In this document: one piece after another, positions 14,196 to 27,100 of the stretch | Position numbering within the stretch: the first letter of the stretch is position 1 | How the letters are laid out: each line of letters begins with the position of its first letter | Source: Balanoglossus misakiensis | Lineage: Eukaryota > Animalia > Hemichordata | NCBI GenBank assembly: GCA_040954595.2 | Contig: CM082581.2 | Span: forward strand, 3,960,699-4,024,698 | Direction of reading: 5' to 3' | DNA: 64,000 nt | Made by a program: the position numbers and the translations under genes | The notes under the pieces: model-generated | What the model saw: the letters and a program-made list of their open reading frames with translations, nothing else | Databases searched by the model: none | What the model was told of the DNA's origin: nothing

Positions 14196-14409
14196 TAGTC
14201 CAGCATTCCCCGCCAAGTAATCGCCAGCATAAACCGATGTATTTATTCAATCAAGCGGCCGACTTACACACTTGCGATGATGAATAAGAAAACCGTCACC
14301 GGTTTATTTACATTTTGACACTGTGAAGTCATTATCCGATTTCTTGTCTTTAGTTTCGCTTTCTTAATTAAGTCTTTGCATTGTCCCTTTTTGTCGTGTT
14401 CTGATTTAG

Positions 14410-14473
14410 GAACCCGATAATCAGAAGACCAACAACGGCATTCACTACAGACTTCAGTTACTCTATAACAATG
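14410..14473 (+). CDS. COE: COE/EBF exon 3 (EPDNQKTNNGIHYRLQLLYNN-G)
   Basis: KTNNGIHYRLQLLY is the COE signature. Acceptor ...ctgatttag|, donor G|GTAAAT. 64 nt, phase 0 to 1. Confidence 0.96.
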
Positions 14474-15295
14474 GTAAATAAACTTTATTATCCCTTTCAA
14501 TTGCGTCAAATCCGCTAATATTTTGGGGGTTTATGGATTATAGGCGATGATCCGATTTATTTGTAGTTCTTTTCCAATTCAGCACGATAAATGCGGTCAC
14601 AAAAACGGAAGATGAGCGCATTGTTTTGGTCGATATCCTCACATACCTGCAAGTCCCGTAGTATAATGTTTATGTTCTCCATTTAACGCCGTTGCACAAC
14701 TGACATTGATTTTGTAAGTAATCGCTCGCCTCCTGCGTTCTTTTTTTTTTTACGGATACCTATACCTGTTATTTTTTAACAAAAGGGTGTTGGGCATTAA
14801 ACTCGTATGTAGTATTTGCGAAGCCTCTTGAAATCCCTTTGAAATACTTGTCAAACCCTTCAAAATTTCACGGTAACTATAGCGCCGAGTCAACCACGCT
14901 TGGCAGTGCGCAGGGCGTGCGACTCCCCTTGCTAAGTATACGCTAATGACTCAATTGGACCATTTTGCGATCGACCTTTCGCTTGCCTGGAGCGGTGTCA
15001 TCAAGACAGATTTCCTCGCCAAATTTAGCCAATTGTTCAATTTTCTTAGTGTTATGACAGCCCGGGACTATTCGGAACGCCTTTTGGACGTATTTTGACT
15101 CAGGGACCGAGCGAAATCTTGACGGAATATGATGCGCTCTGCGACGTGATGAGCTTGGTCGATCACGCTCACCAGATGCAGACAAGCTATATATTTTGTC
15201 AGTCTAAACACATCCCGTAATAACCACCCAATTTTACTACTACTTGAGCCTATTATGTCATTTTGCTTACACATCTTTATTTCCAATTCATTCAG

Positions 15296-15351
15296 GCATC
15301 CGAAGCGAGCAAGATATCTATGTTCGTCTCATCGATTCCATGACAAAACAG
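15296..15351 (+). CDS. COE: COE/EBF exon 4 (G-IRSEQDIYVRLIDSMTKQ)
   Basis: Matches EBF GIRTEQDxYVRLIDSMTKQ. Acceptor ...cattcag|, non-canonical donor CAG|GCAAGT. 56 nt, phase 1 to 0. Confidence 0.95.
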
Positions 15352-16544
15352 GCAAGTCTTCCACGACAATTTTTGTCCGTTCAACGGGCTGTGCGTGCTT
15401 TTCATCATGGCCAAGTCATATTTCTCCCGTGACTGTTTTGTTTAACGCGCTGCGAAAATTAGACCGGTATGCTTGAGAGAGCACCGTTTCACTCGGAGCT
15501 ATCATTTTCTGATGACCCTCCGTAGCAAAAGCAGTAGCCCTTAAAATTTGACCTGCCCACCTAGTCTCGCAAGGGTAAGCGAAAGCCGTACCCAGCAGAG
15601 GCGGGGTGCTCAGCGAAATAGCCTGAAGACTTTGGCAGCCACATTGTCTGCTGTATAGCCACATGATTGTGTTTGAAATGGACACACTCGTGATGGCAAC
15701 TGTTTCTATTATCCGTGAATTTTAGGAAGAAAACCACAAAATACCGGTGTTTGTGGTAACCAACGGATCGCCCGTCCAATCTAGTCTCATTTATTTGTTT
15801 TGATCTGCTGGTATTATCGGGGTAATGCGTGTCGACGGTGTCGTTCACATTGTACATTACATTTGCCTGTGGGAGGTGTAACGCATACCCACTTTCTAAA
15901 TCAACCATTACTAGGCCGAGATAAAACCTGCCGTGATATCTCTCCAGTGTTGAAGAAAAACAGACATACGTAACAAATAACATTCAAAACTAATTTTTTT
16001 CGTCGTCTAAAGTTCAGTCCATATTTTTTTCTGTGCAAAAAAGTTCAAATTTCGGACCTTGTGGTTTGCCCAAAATCCAGTTTATTACAACTAATTGTGA
16101 ATAATGTAAAAGTTGTCGAAGCAACTGACTTTGGTATCACTAAGTAATAGTATTGGCAAATTATGGAAAGTCTCTGCATGACTGACTCCCTCGCCGTATG
16201 ATGAAAATTTGTATAGCTTTCTTTTGAACGGCTGTCGTTTTGTGTCCCCTTGTGATATAAACAGCATCCCTGCAGATGCAGTGCGGTCATTTCTTTATAT
16301 GCATTCAGGGGTTTGTTACTGATGGACACTTGACATACTGGCTTTTTAGCGTTACCAGGTGTTTAACCCGATATTGAGTCTGATATTTTCCGACTTGCTA
16401 ACCGTATTGACGGTTTCTGTGTAATACTAGGTGACCCAGAAACAAGGTGCTGGTCAACTATCGTCCCGCGGAACCAGTGTTCCTTTTGCTAGATTTAACA
16501 TACAGAATGTCTACATTTTCTCTCTCCTTTAATTTTCACTGCAG
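15352..16544 (+). other. Intron 4, non-canonical GC-AG intron (1193 nt)
   Basis: Protein continuity (...SMTKQ|AIIYEG...) is best explained by a GC donor with otherwise perfect consensus CAG|GCAAGT. The nearest GT (15356) would frameshift. Confidence 0.88.
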
Positions 16545-16618
16545 GCTATAATCTATGAAGGTCAAGACAAAAACCCTGAAATGTGCAGAGTACTTCTGAC
16601 GCACGAAATTATGTGCAG
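16545..16618 (+). CDS. COE: COE/EBF exon 5 ([25 protein letters not shown])
   Basis: Near-invariant COE segment carrying the first half of the zinc knuckle (H, C). Long pyrimidine tract + CAG acceptor, donor AG|GTAAAG. 74 nt. Confidence 0.97.
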
Positions 16619-16903
16619 GTAAAGGACTTAAAAATTTAGAGATTTTGTATCAAAGTAAAACAAAATAAATGAATAATATGTATATTTGTAGTATTTTTAT
16701 ATTTTTAAGTTTTTGGTTTGATGACAGAAAAGGAAAATGCATTTCTAAATATAATGAATGATCTCTAGCATGTAGAGGTATTTTTCACTAGTCCTTGGTA
16801 CACTTTACACACTATACAAGATATATTGGAGAATAATTTTGTATGATATACAGGTCTTACTCCTGCTGTTCAGTGTAATTACTACCCACTGTTTACTTGG
16901 TAG

Positions 16904-17044
<141 letters not shown>

Positions 17045-19081
17045 TAAGTGCTGTGATAGGAATTGATGTGCGTGTGATTGTAGGTGTATTCTTGAATTGC
17101 TAAATTGTCACTTCCGACTCGTATGCCGTAGCCATGTTGTCGAAACGTAGCCTAATAATGAAAAGTTGAAATATACATCGAGACCGAGCAAACAGGGAAC
17201 TAACTCCCGGGCCCCGAAGAAACGCCAGTAAACACATCTTGTCATATCTAATAAATATGCTGTCAGTAAAATTTAAATTTGTCCTTTTCTAGAGATTATT
17301 TTTTTATTTCGATTGTAATCTGCCCTCAGTACCTTTGTATGTTGTGTCTACATCAGGTGTTGCTGTTGAAAAGAAAAAAGCGGTATGTTTAGAGTTCTAT
17401 GAGTTGATTTGACACAATGTGGAGGGGACTATTAACAATGGAGTCCAAAGAGTGGCTTGTCTTGAAGTACTGAAGTGGCTTTCTGATGAGTTGCTTTAGC
17501 TTTGATATCTATAATTAGCCGTTCAGGTAGCCCGGCCACTTCTAATTGGGCCACAACTTAGGGACCAGATAACGGATCATGTTACGGTTTTAATTGGATT
17601 CAATTGGGAGACTGTCCACCCCCTTTTGACTTGGTTGGCAGTTGTGTGTGTGGTTGTGGTTCCCGTGGCGGCAAGATGGCCTGTTTGATTCTTCATGGGT
17701 GTTCTCTGAAAAACAGGATAACTTGGAATTATAGTTTGTGCAAAAGCAGCGTCTAGTTGTCATAGAAATAATTGTTAGTGGAATCTGCGGTGGAATTGTC
17801 AAGTTGTGCTTGAGTCTGACATGACAAGATCCAGCAGCCAAGAAAAGCATATGGTCCAGTTGTGTATACTATATACCTTATGCAAACAATTGTCTTTTTA
17901 CCTGCCAATATTGCATTAGAATTTCCAGTGGCTAGCCAGATTTTCCTGCTTGTAACCACCAATCCACTTCTCGTCACATTTTTCACATTCAATAACTCAT
18001 CTGGTTTGGTCTGCTGACGATTTCCACAAGGCTATCAGTGGCCAGAAACACATGTTAAAGCCATCAGATATCAGTCGTGAATGTAGCGGTGCTCTCTCAC
18101 ACAATAACACTAAATTTGCGTATACTTAATACTCCCCATACATCAGAACTTGTCGACCATCTTACCTGCACCCACAAGATCAGGTAACTCTGTTGCCATG
18201 CCAACGCACAACGTCCAACATCTGGTACCTTTCTGGCCGCATTGTAATTGTTTCTGGACACTGTAATTTGTCAGGCGTTTGTTTTTCTTACCCATCTAAG
18301 TCAAGAGATATTGCCCAATTGTAAATGAATTATAACTTCGTAGTGGAGTGAATGAACCAACAGATGTCCGATACAGCACCCGTAGACTGGTTCAGTTTAC
18401 AGAAATTGACCAAGTTGTTTTATGGTCCATAAACTAAGAAGGAAGACAGAGATCACTGTGTTACCGGTGTGATATTTAAACACGTGCGCTATAAAACCCA
18501 GCATTATGTCAAATTTACTCAATAAAAGGAATTCAAGAATTCCTGGATTATTACCAAGGCAGTATTGAAAATAGACCTGTTTTTCCTCATGACAGTAAAT
18601 TCCACAAGCTGAACCTAAAAGCCCCATTTAATGAATGATATAGAAATTAAAATAATTGAAACTGGACAATAACTGTGGTGCTGTGCAATTTTGTATGAAA
18701 ATATTACAAAGGTAATCCTAATTACTGAGATATAGTTGAGTGAATACAGAGCTAAGGCTGATAAAAACCAATTGTTTTCTACCCTGTTAGAAAAATTACC
18801 TCAACCATATAGCATGGACAGCTTTTCTTGTTTTCATAAATAGGTTTCCAAGTGCTTCATAATCCATTGGTCCTCAGCCAATGACACTATCCATATTCCA
18901 ACAAATAAATGTGTTCAGTGTTCAAGCCAATATTAGTGCATTTAACAAAACATTACCTGAGTCGTTTTACTCAAAAATAATTCTGCCTTTAATAAAGAAG
19001 TGGCTACTGTTATTTGAAAGAAACCCAACTTTTTCTCATCTGTGCTGCATTCATGATGTTTCAACACTGTTGAATAAGTAC

Positions 19082-19113
19082 ATATTCTAATATTTATATA
19101 TTCTAATATTTAT
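19082..19113. repeat. 16-bp tandem duplication (ATATTCTAATATTTAT x2)
   Basis: Exact adjacent copies read directly. Confidence 0.85.
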
Positions 19114-22100
19114 ATTTTTTAATTGTTATATGAGCGAAAAATATAAGAAAAACTGGTACATAATGATAGTGATACTGATAAATAAGACGAGATAAATAAC
19201 TCTGCCTCAGAGTCATGCTTACTGAGCCTGAGTGTGAAATTATAAAAAAAATCATTTTGTAGCGTCATCATTCATGTCACACACATCTTACATTTCAATA
19301 TAAGTATCTAGATTGAAATCATGACACAAAATTGTTGACTTCTGAAACATTTCACTTTAATTGATGAGAAACGCTCTCCCTCTGACACAAATTAATGTGT
19401 TTGTCTTCACTTTTGGCAAGTTGTGAACGAACGTCTACTGTACCCTTGGTGTTTAAGTTGGTCTGAATCCCTTAGGTATGCATGCATGTCGGCAATTTCA
19501 ATAAAACAAATGACAACAGATCAAAATAAAAAATATAGTTGCCTTTCAGAGCGTGTTTCTGAATAACTGAATGAATTTTTAATTGTCCAAATGATCAAAT
19601 GACTCGCCACTAATTCATTTAATAATTGCACGCGTACCATCATTGTACTATGTGTGTATTTTATCATTAAAATTCCTAGAAGTGAAATATGGATTGAGAG
19701 AGCTCGTATACAAATGTGGATATTGGCTATAACTGTTCAACTTTCATTTTAACAATTTCTACTTACCATGTTGTAGTGCCATTAAGTTGGATAATAATTC
19801 TGCTACTTGAAGGATATCTACTTTGAAATGGCCCTCTCATTTATGAAATAATTGTAGTTTAGTAAATTTCATTAGCCGGACCTCTCCTTTGATCTTGTCA
19901 TAAAAGGTTGTAAAATATAAGACAGACCACAGAGCATCCACATAAAACAACTTGAACTTCCTCCTATTAAAGACAGTGGTTTTTCACACATGAGGAGATC
20001 CTAGCTGCTTATTTAGAATATTTAATTTAAATTGTTGTAGGGGACCTTACGCAAGAATTCAACCACAGATATTCTTGGTGAGTGTTGTTTTCTCAGCTGT
20101 CATGTGACTTGTGTGTTGCTACAGAAACGGTTGTGTTGTATGCTTTGATGAAATCACCTTCTTCTGTGATCCATTCAAGAATATATTTTTAATTTAAATC
20201 AATCAAACTAAAGTCTCATCAGTAATGCGCTTTTGTCATCATTAATAATTCTTAACATTAATATTTCTTCATAAAATTTGAATTTTTCATATTACTGGAA
20301 TAGTGAAATTTTTAACACAATTTGATACTTCCCAGAAAATTGCTACCAGGAAAGGGTATTTTTATATTAATCTTGCATTCAACACTTATACAGTTTAATA
20401 ATTTTAAAAAAGCCAATAAACAATATTGTAAGACTAAGAAATTTAAAGTGGTTAAAATGATGCCTTATATTATAATGGCAAGATTCTTTTGTACATGCAA
20501 ATATCGGTGCCCACATGCACTGGTTGCAATGGATTTAGGATTCAGGTCACTGCTTGATAAAGTCGAATGTTGTCTCAGAGTCAGTCTGTACAGAGGAGAC
20601 GCTATTGTCACTTCTATATTGCAATTTGCATATTTTGAACCCGAAAAATTAGTTTTAATTTAAAATTGTAAGGGTTAAGGAAGTGAGAATGAGTCAGGGT
20701 GACAGGCAGGTGACCATTTGCCTAATGCACTAACTTGTAACTACTCTTCAAAGTTGACCTCCAATTGGTGAGTGAGTCACATTATTTCTAACTGCAGGCC
20801 ACATTTAGCCAGGGTCAACTTCATGTATTTGTAATATGTGGTAGAGCTGCTACACTCAACATATCCAGCTAATAAACAGAAGAAGGGAATGCAACCAAAT
20901 AATGCTGGCTTTTATTTGCAAACTTAGAAAAACTTGAGTTCACACTCTTTCCTTGGCAAAGATGTTTTGTGTTATTTTCATTCACCGCCACAGATGGTGT
21001 TAAGATGATATTCATAAAAATGGAAGTTTTTGGTCATGTGAAATAAATCATGTTAATATTAGCGTCACCAGAGACTGGCAAAGTGACAGGCTTAGTTTTA
21101 TGTGTTTACATATCATTTTCTGTGAATTCGTATTCTGAATAAGAAATTCTGTTTATAGTTCCTTGACTGTACGTGTTCAGTGACATATTTAATAGTTGAA
21201 AAATAAGAATTTCAAAGACCTTTGGAAGTGTGTAAGAGTTGCAATTACAAAATATTGTTGTTCAAAGATATCATCCAAGGGGGCTTTTTTCTTGCAAATT
21301 TGGAAACTGTCAGAAATAGAAGTGATATTTTTGGGGGTAAATATTTTTTCAATGACATGTTCAGCTTGAAATATTTTACTCTTACTTAAAAAACAAAATA
21401 AGAACACAATTAATTGTAGCAAGAACAGCAATTTAATGGAAAACTTGCAGAAATGATAATTTCACTTGATACCATTACTCACACCAATTTAGATAAAAAG
21501 ATTACATTTGCTTGAGTTCTCCCATTGTCTATAAATGCTTTGAAAGGAGAAATAAAAATTTAGCATTTTGATTGTACCGGTCTGTGTCTGTGTTTTAGAC
21601 ACATTGTAAACTATCACCAAGTTGATTTGAAAGAATCTCGTATTCAAATCAGGTACAATATGTCCCAGGACACCCTTTTGATTTCAATATTTTTGTTCTT
21701 AATGAACGTCAGTGGGCAATATTCAGCTGGGTTAGACATAGTATTGACTTAAACTGCATGCCTGTGAAGTGTTAAGATCACTATGCGGCGTGTACAAGCC
21801 GGTCTTCCTCTTGTGCCAGTGTCACCCACCCACCCTATGCATTGTGGCCGATCTTTTGTTGTGTGTGAAGACTAGGAGAGATGTGTTAATGACTTTACAA
21901 AGTCTACAGAATACTTGTCAATGGTTACTCAGAATGTTTGTAATCACTAATCAGCCAACCTACTCATGATTCCATCATCATTTAGTTTAAGGAAATACTT
22001 GCAAAGTATTCTAACTACTTGACACTGTGTTGATAATTTGACTACAGTACAGTACAGCCTACACTGTTATCCTACTTGCTACGTTTACACACACGCATTT

Positions 22101-23890
22101 CAGGCAAGAAATCCCAGTGTGCATCGGCCAGTTGTTATCATTGGAAAATTGAGTTTCTGAATTATGTTTACTAAGAATATTATCATTGAAAATATAAACA
22201 GACATCATCATAATTCAAAAGTATACCAGATATGACAGTTCTATTTATTTGATCGCAGCGAAACATAAATGAAGAGTATTTGTTGGATGTCTGTAATGGA
22301 AATGTATTTATTTGATAAGACTAAACAAACGAAGTTGCTGGGGTACACGTATCTGAAACGCTGATGATATTTGAGGCCAATAATAATTTTTGTTAAATAT
22401 TAAAGATAATCAACAGAAATTGGACATGAGCACAGTTGTGTTGTGGGGATTTCAATGCTGGCATTCATTTAAGTCTTTGTGTACACACCTGTCCACCAAT
22501 TAATAGGTAGTAATTTTCACTTAATGTCAATTCAGCTTAGGTTTCATTATTTTCATTATTAACTTGATTTGCCTATGATTATGCATGATTATAAGACCAT
22601 CATGCCATTCCGTCTTGCGACGTCCCTCCCACTAGTTCAGCCCGGGCGCCTTTGGTGATGATAATATTTCGGTTGACATGTATGCTGGAGTTATTGCAAC
22701 TAAACAGATCAAATTTTGGACAATTGTTGTCTGTTTAATACTACGGATGCCTTGTCACCACAAAGCTAAGCCGTGGGATTCTGCCAGGGTTTCTGGTGTC
22801 TTGTTCACACATCTTTGTGCTGCTTAAAAAGAGTTAATGAAATTTATTCAGACAGCAGTAAAGCTCATTTACGTTTTTTTGCTGTGTGTGTTTGTATACT
22901 CCCTCTGTGTGAATGAGCCTACACAGGCACCTCCAGTTATGCTGTAATGATGTTTGGAGTGTCTATCCTGATTGGATTTCCCAGTGATGAGACAGTTTGG
23001 TGCGGGATACCACTTACCCAGTGATTCTATTATTGGAGAAAAACGACCAGATAAAGGTTTAAACACACACACATGTACACACACACCCTGAGAGAATGAT
23101 TGCGACTGTTTTCTGTGTCTGGCATTGGTGGTAGATTTGATAACAGGAAAGGCTCAATTTGATGTGTTTAACTAGCACCAATCTTGCAAATAATCAACAT
23201 GCTCACAGTTTGTTTTGTGTACACCTAGTAGTCTGTCCGATGGCTCTCTCGCTGAGCAGTAGGAAAACAAGGCCAGCCTATAGCGCACGCACATCGTCGG
23301 TTACGGTGGTAGCATGGTTTGGTTTAATGCATGTCCAGTGGGTACCTTGAAACATAATGATTCCAGGGCCCCTGAGTCCTTAAAAATCAACCAGAAAACA
23401 CACAAAGGCTTTAGTCCATTTGTCTCACCGAATACTATTGAATTATTCGGCATCGACTCTCCCCAGAAAGGAAAAGCAGGCAGTTTTCTAACGATTGTCC
23501 AACCGTTTGATTTCCAAACCCATATACTACAAAATAACAATTGACTGGGACTTTGATTGCCAGAAGCCACAAATTTCACCTTCAATAATCCACCATTTTG
23601 AGAATAACCACATGCTGATAAGGCAGTGAAGCATTGTTTCCCTTCTCTCTGAACCGATCGGCGGAAAAGTGTCTGGGAAAAAAGAAAAACGTGATATGTT
23701 GGTTGTACTTTTCTGATCACATGACCAACTCATCATTACTGCTATCTGACATTAAGACCTTGTTCTCCACTTTCGCTGATTTTTATCCCAAACTTTTCAG
23801 CGCCATAATAAACGCCATGATTGATGTAAAAATTCACTGGGAAAAAAACTCATAAAAAATCACCCCGTGATGAACTTTTTGACTGAAATG

Positions 23891-23904
23891 GTTTCCTAGG
23901 TGAC
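23891..23904. promoter_or_regulatory. RFX X-box-like site GTTTCCTAGGTGAC
   Basis: 14-bp imperfect palindrome fitting the RFX X-box consensus. Confidence 0.45.
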
Positions 23905-23999
23905 AAAACACACAGCTGGGTGTTGATTTCTGCTGGCGGAAAGTGTGAAGAATTAGTCAAATAAATTACTGGTGAAAGTGAAATTTTATTTTTGCAGCC

Positions 24000-24119
24000 G
24001 AGATGAGTGACGACTCAGTCAGCCCAAATGTTCAACTAGCCCCATCCTATTAGTGGCTCTAATGAGATGAACAGAATCCCATGAATGGGCCCAACCACTC
24101 AGCCCATATGTCAACTAGC
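24000..24119. repeat. Imperfect short direct duplication (TCAGCCCA(A/T)ATG(T)TCAACTAGC at 24019-24040 and 24099-24119)
   Basis: Two copies differ by one substitution and one indel; each is preceded at a distance by GAGATGA. Confidence 0.7.
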
Positions 24120-27100
24120 TCAGCAAAAGGTATATCCTGGACTCAACTCTTTTTCGGGGTAGTCGACAGCCATTCAAAATTGCTCCATCAATGTTGTTTA
24201 TTGAAGAAATGACAAATACAATAATTGTGTTGGGCTAATCTTATTAATTTTTAAATAGAGACTTTCTTCAAACCATTAAGAAACCAACTGTCATAAAATG
24301 GCCGACCCGCGCCTCCATCTCACAATATTCACATCTAATTTTATCTAGTTTGCTTGGTAGAAAGTGAAAGTTATTCAGTGAGTATGTCTTTATATTGTGC
24401 GCCTTTTGTTCTTGTGATAATGACTGTGTTAGTGAGATCTGGTCCTCACAAAGTTGTTGACCGTGCGTTGGACGTGATCAAATGAGGGAATTAGCCGTCA
24501 ACCCCAAATTCGACATTTTCCCTCAAACATCAAGTTTAACGACAGGAAAATAATAGTAGCCGTGAAAAGAAGCACAGTTAATATTACATCTAATCTGAAG
24601 GAGGGACAGTCTAAATTCTATTCGGATCAACTCGAAAATGAAATGTTTAGCCGTAAACTGCACAGCATATGTATGAGCTGAGCCCACCCCTATTATGCAA
24701 TGGAATCACCCCATTGGAAATGTAGTGGGGCTCAGGTGAGTTTGTTAATTGCTCTATGCATGTTAAAACACTTTATGGGCTGTTAAAGATTCAATTGTGC
24801 AGGATGCGTGCCATTCTCCGTAAGCTTATCCACTCCCCAGTTTGGGCTGCAAATTGCATTAGGCTGCACAATTTGGAGAAATTGCCGGCACGGTCAAACC
24901 AGCAGAGATGACAGTCCAAAGCATCAAAAAAAAAAAAAAACTGCTGCTTTTTCTCGGCGTGCTTCAATGTTATAATTTCTATTCCCCATAGTGGTATCGT
25001 TGTATCCCGATCTTATTTATGTAGTCTTTTGGCTCACTGAGCCCCACACACGCTGACCAGTTCCCCAAATATTTCACTCGGCCACAGAGGACAAAAAAAA
25101 AAATATGGGTTTGCCTCGTCGTCTATTTTTGGGGTCAGATGCCAGATATTAATAAGAAGTGAGCACAGGAGCACTATAAACATTGATGTATTACAGTTAC
25201 AGGGATGAGGTCTGGCTTGTTTACATAGTGCATTAATACAACCAGAGTGCTAAGCCTTATACCTTCCGGAACAACCAGCCAACGACTGCAGCTTATCCCA
25301 GCTTGCTGCCTCTTTTAGGCATGGTGTTATATTGTAGCAGAAACTCTTCAGTTCAACGACTGAAAATCCTTTGTTTTCATAGAGCTGCTATTTTCAATAT
25401 TTTTCACCAAAAAAAAAAAAATTAAGACGGATTTCATATCTGGAAATATCAGCTCAGGTTTACCTTTGCTAAACACAATAGATGCAGTTATAGTTTAAAG
25501 TGCCATTAAAACACAGCAGCCTGCTTGGCATACATTATTTAGTAGGATTAATTAGAATTTAGCTTACAAGCCAAATACTGCGCTGGTCGTGCTGATGTCG
25601 TTGTCTGCTGTGGCAGAAACAGACTGTTTGCTCAGGGTTACCCATCTCATACCTTGGCTAACTCCAGTGGCAATAGAATCCATTAACCAAATATTGTTTG
25701 ATGGCAGAGTGTAACTAAAGCACTTCCTGTTCCAGGACCCAGTCACATGCAGATAATATAAGCCATAAATAGTATGACTGGCAAATATTGATGTTACTTC
25801 CACCATGGTGAATGCGGATGATTCCAGTGTCTCATCTTGTACCTGAGTCAGGTCTCGTAAACAGAGCGCCGAGAGAAGATGCTTGAGATAAAAGAAAAAA
25901 ACATGTTTCATTCACAGAATCATGGTGTCATGTAATTTGATTGAATCAAGAGAGGGTAAAATTTATGAGTCAAAGTGAGTCAGATTGGTGACACAACGGC
26001 TGGGTAGATCGTTTCTTTTGAAGGCAGGTAAACCGTTTCGCTGATGGACTTTCCCTACATGTTAATTCTGCTTGAGTCCTCATTTCTGTCGGGGCAATTA
26101 CTATCATTTTCGCCATTCACCAAAAAAAAAAATTGGAAATTGCTGGCTTGGAGGGAGAACCAGGACAAGGGGAAAGAACAGAATTATTATCTCTCTTAGT
26201 CGAATCTGATTAAAGTAGCAAGAGGGGATTTTGCTTGACACAAAGCCGCTGCCCGTCTAGATATCCCATGTCAAACTCCTACCTCATCTATTATTAAGAA
26301 AGTTTGATGCTGTGTCTCAATTATTCACTAGTAATTTTATCCTCACTGAGCATGAGCTGATTAGCATTTGGTTTGAAAAATAGCAGCTTTTCAAAGTTTC
26401 TGATTAGAGTTCTCAAAATTGTGAGGGGCGCTTGGAGCCAATCACAGGGAAAAATATCATCTCCAGACCGACTTGTAAACTGAAGTAAAATGATGATTTA
26501 TCATTATGGATAGCAGCATGATTTATCAAGACTCGGAAAATGTCATTAAGCTGGCTATCAGAGACTATTCTTCAAAATTGATATGATTATAGATGAATTC
26601 TACAAGTAGAGTAGTACCACATTATAAAGGGTCACTTTTTATAAATGCACTGACTTGGCAAGCTACAGCACCAGACGACGGCGGTAAATTTTCCCTACCT
26701 CTTTTTACAGTTAGTTAATTTTGCATGAAACTGTTTATATTTGTTTATTTCGGTTAAGAAACAGAAGAAAATTTGAAGTGTGAGTTGGAAATGTGCATAA
26801 GTTGGGGTTGTAAGTGTGAAATGAGATGTTGCTGTCGGTCCCCTGTGGAAGGTTGGCAGGTTGCAGTATTTACAGCAATTATAACAAAGATGCTGCAAGG
26901 TGCAACACTAGTTGATTAAGTTGTAGTTGTGGGAGCTGACCATCATTGGCCACTAATTATTTGTCCAAGTAAAATCCCCAGCCTGTGATTAATAAGTCAA
27001 TTTTGCGGCCAACTTACTAATTATTGTTACATATAGGACTCAGGGGTGGCAATGGAAGCAATTAATTCCCAAACTTCATTTTCCAACTGTTTCTGCTCAA

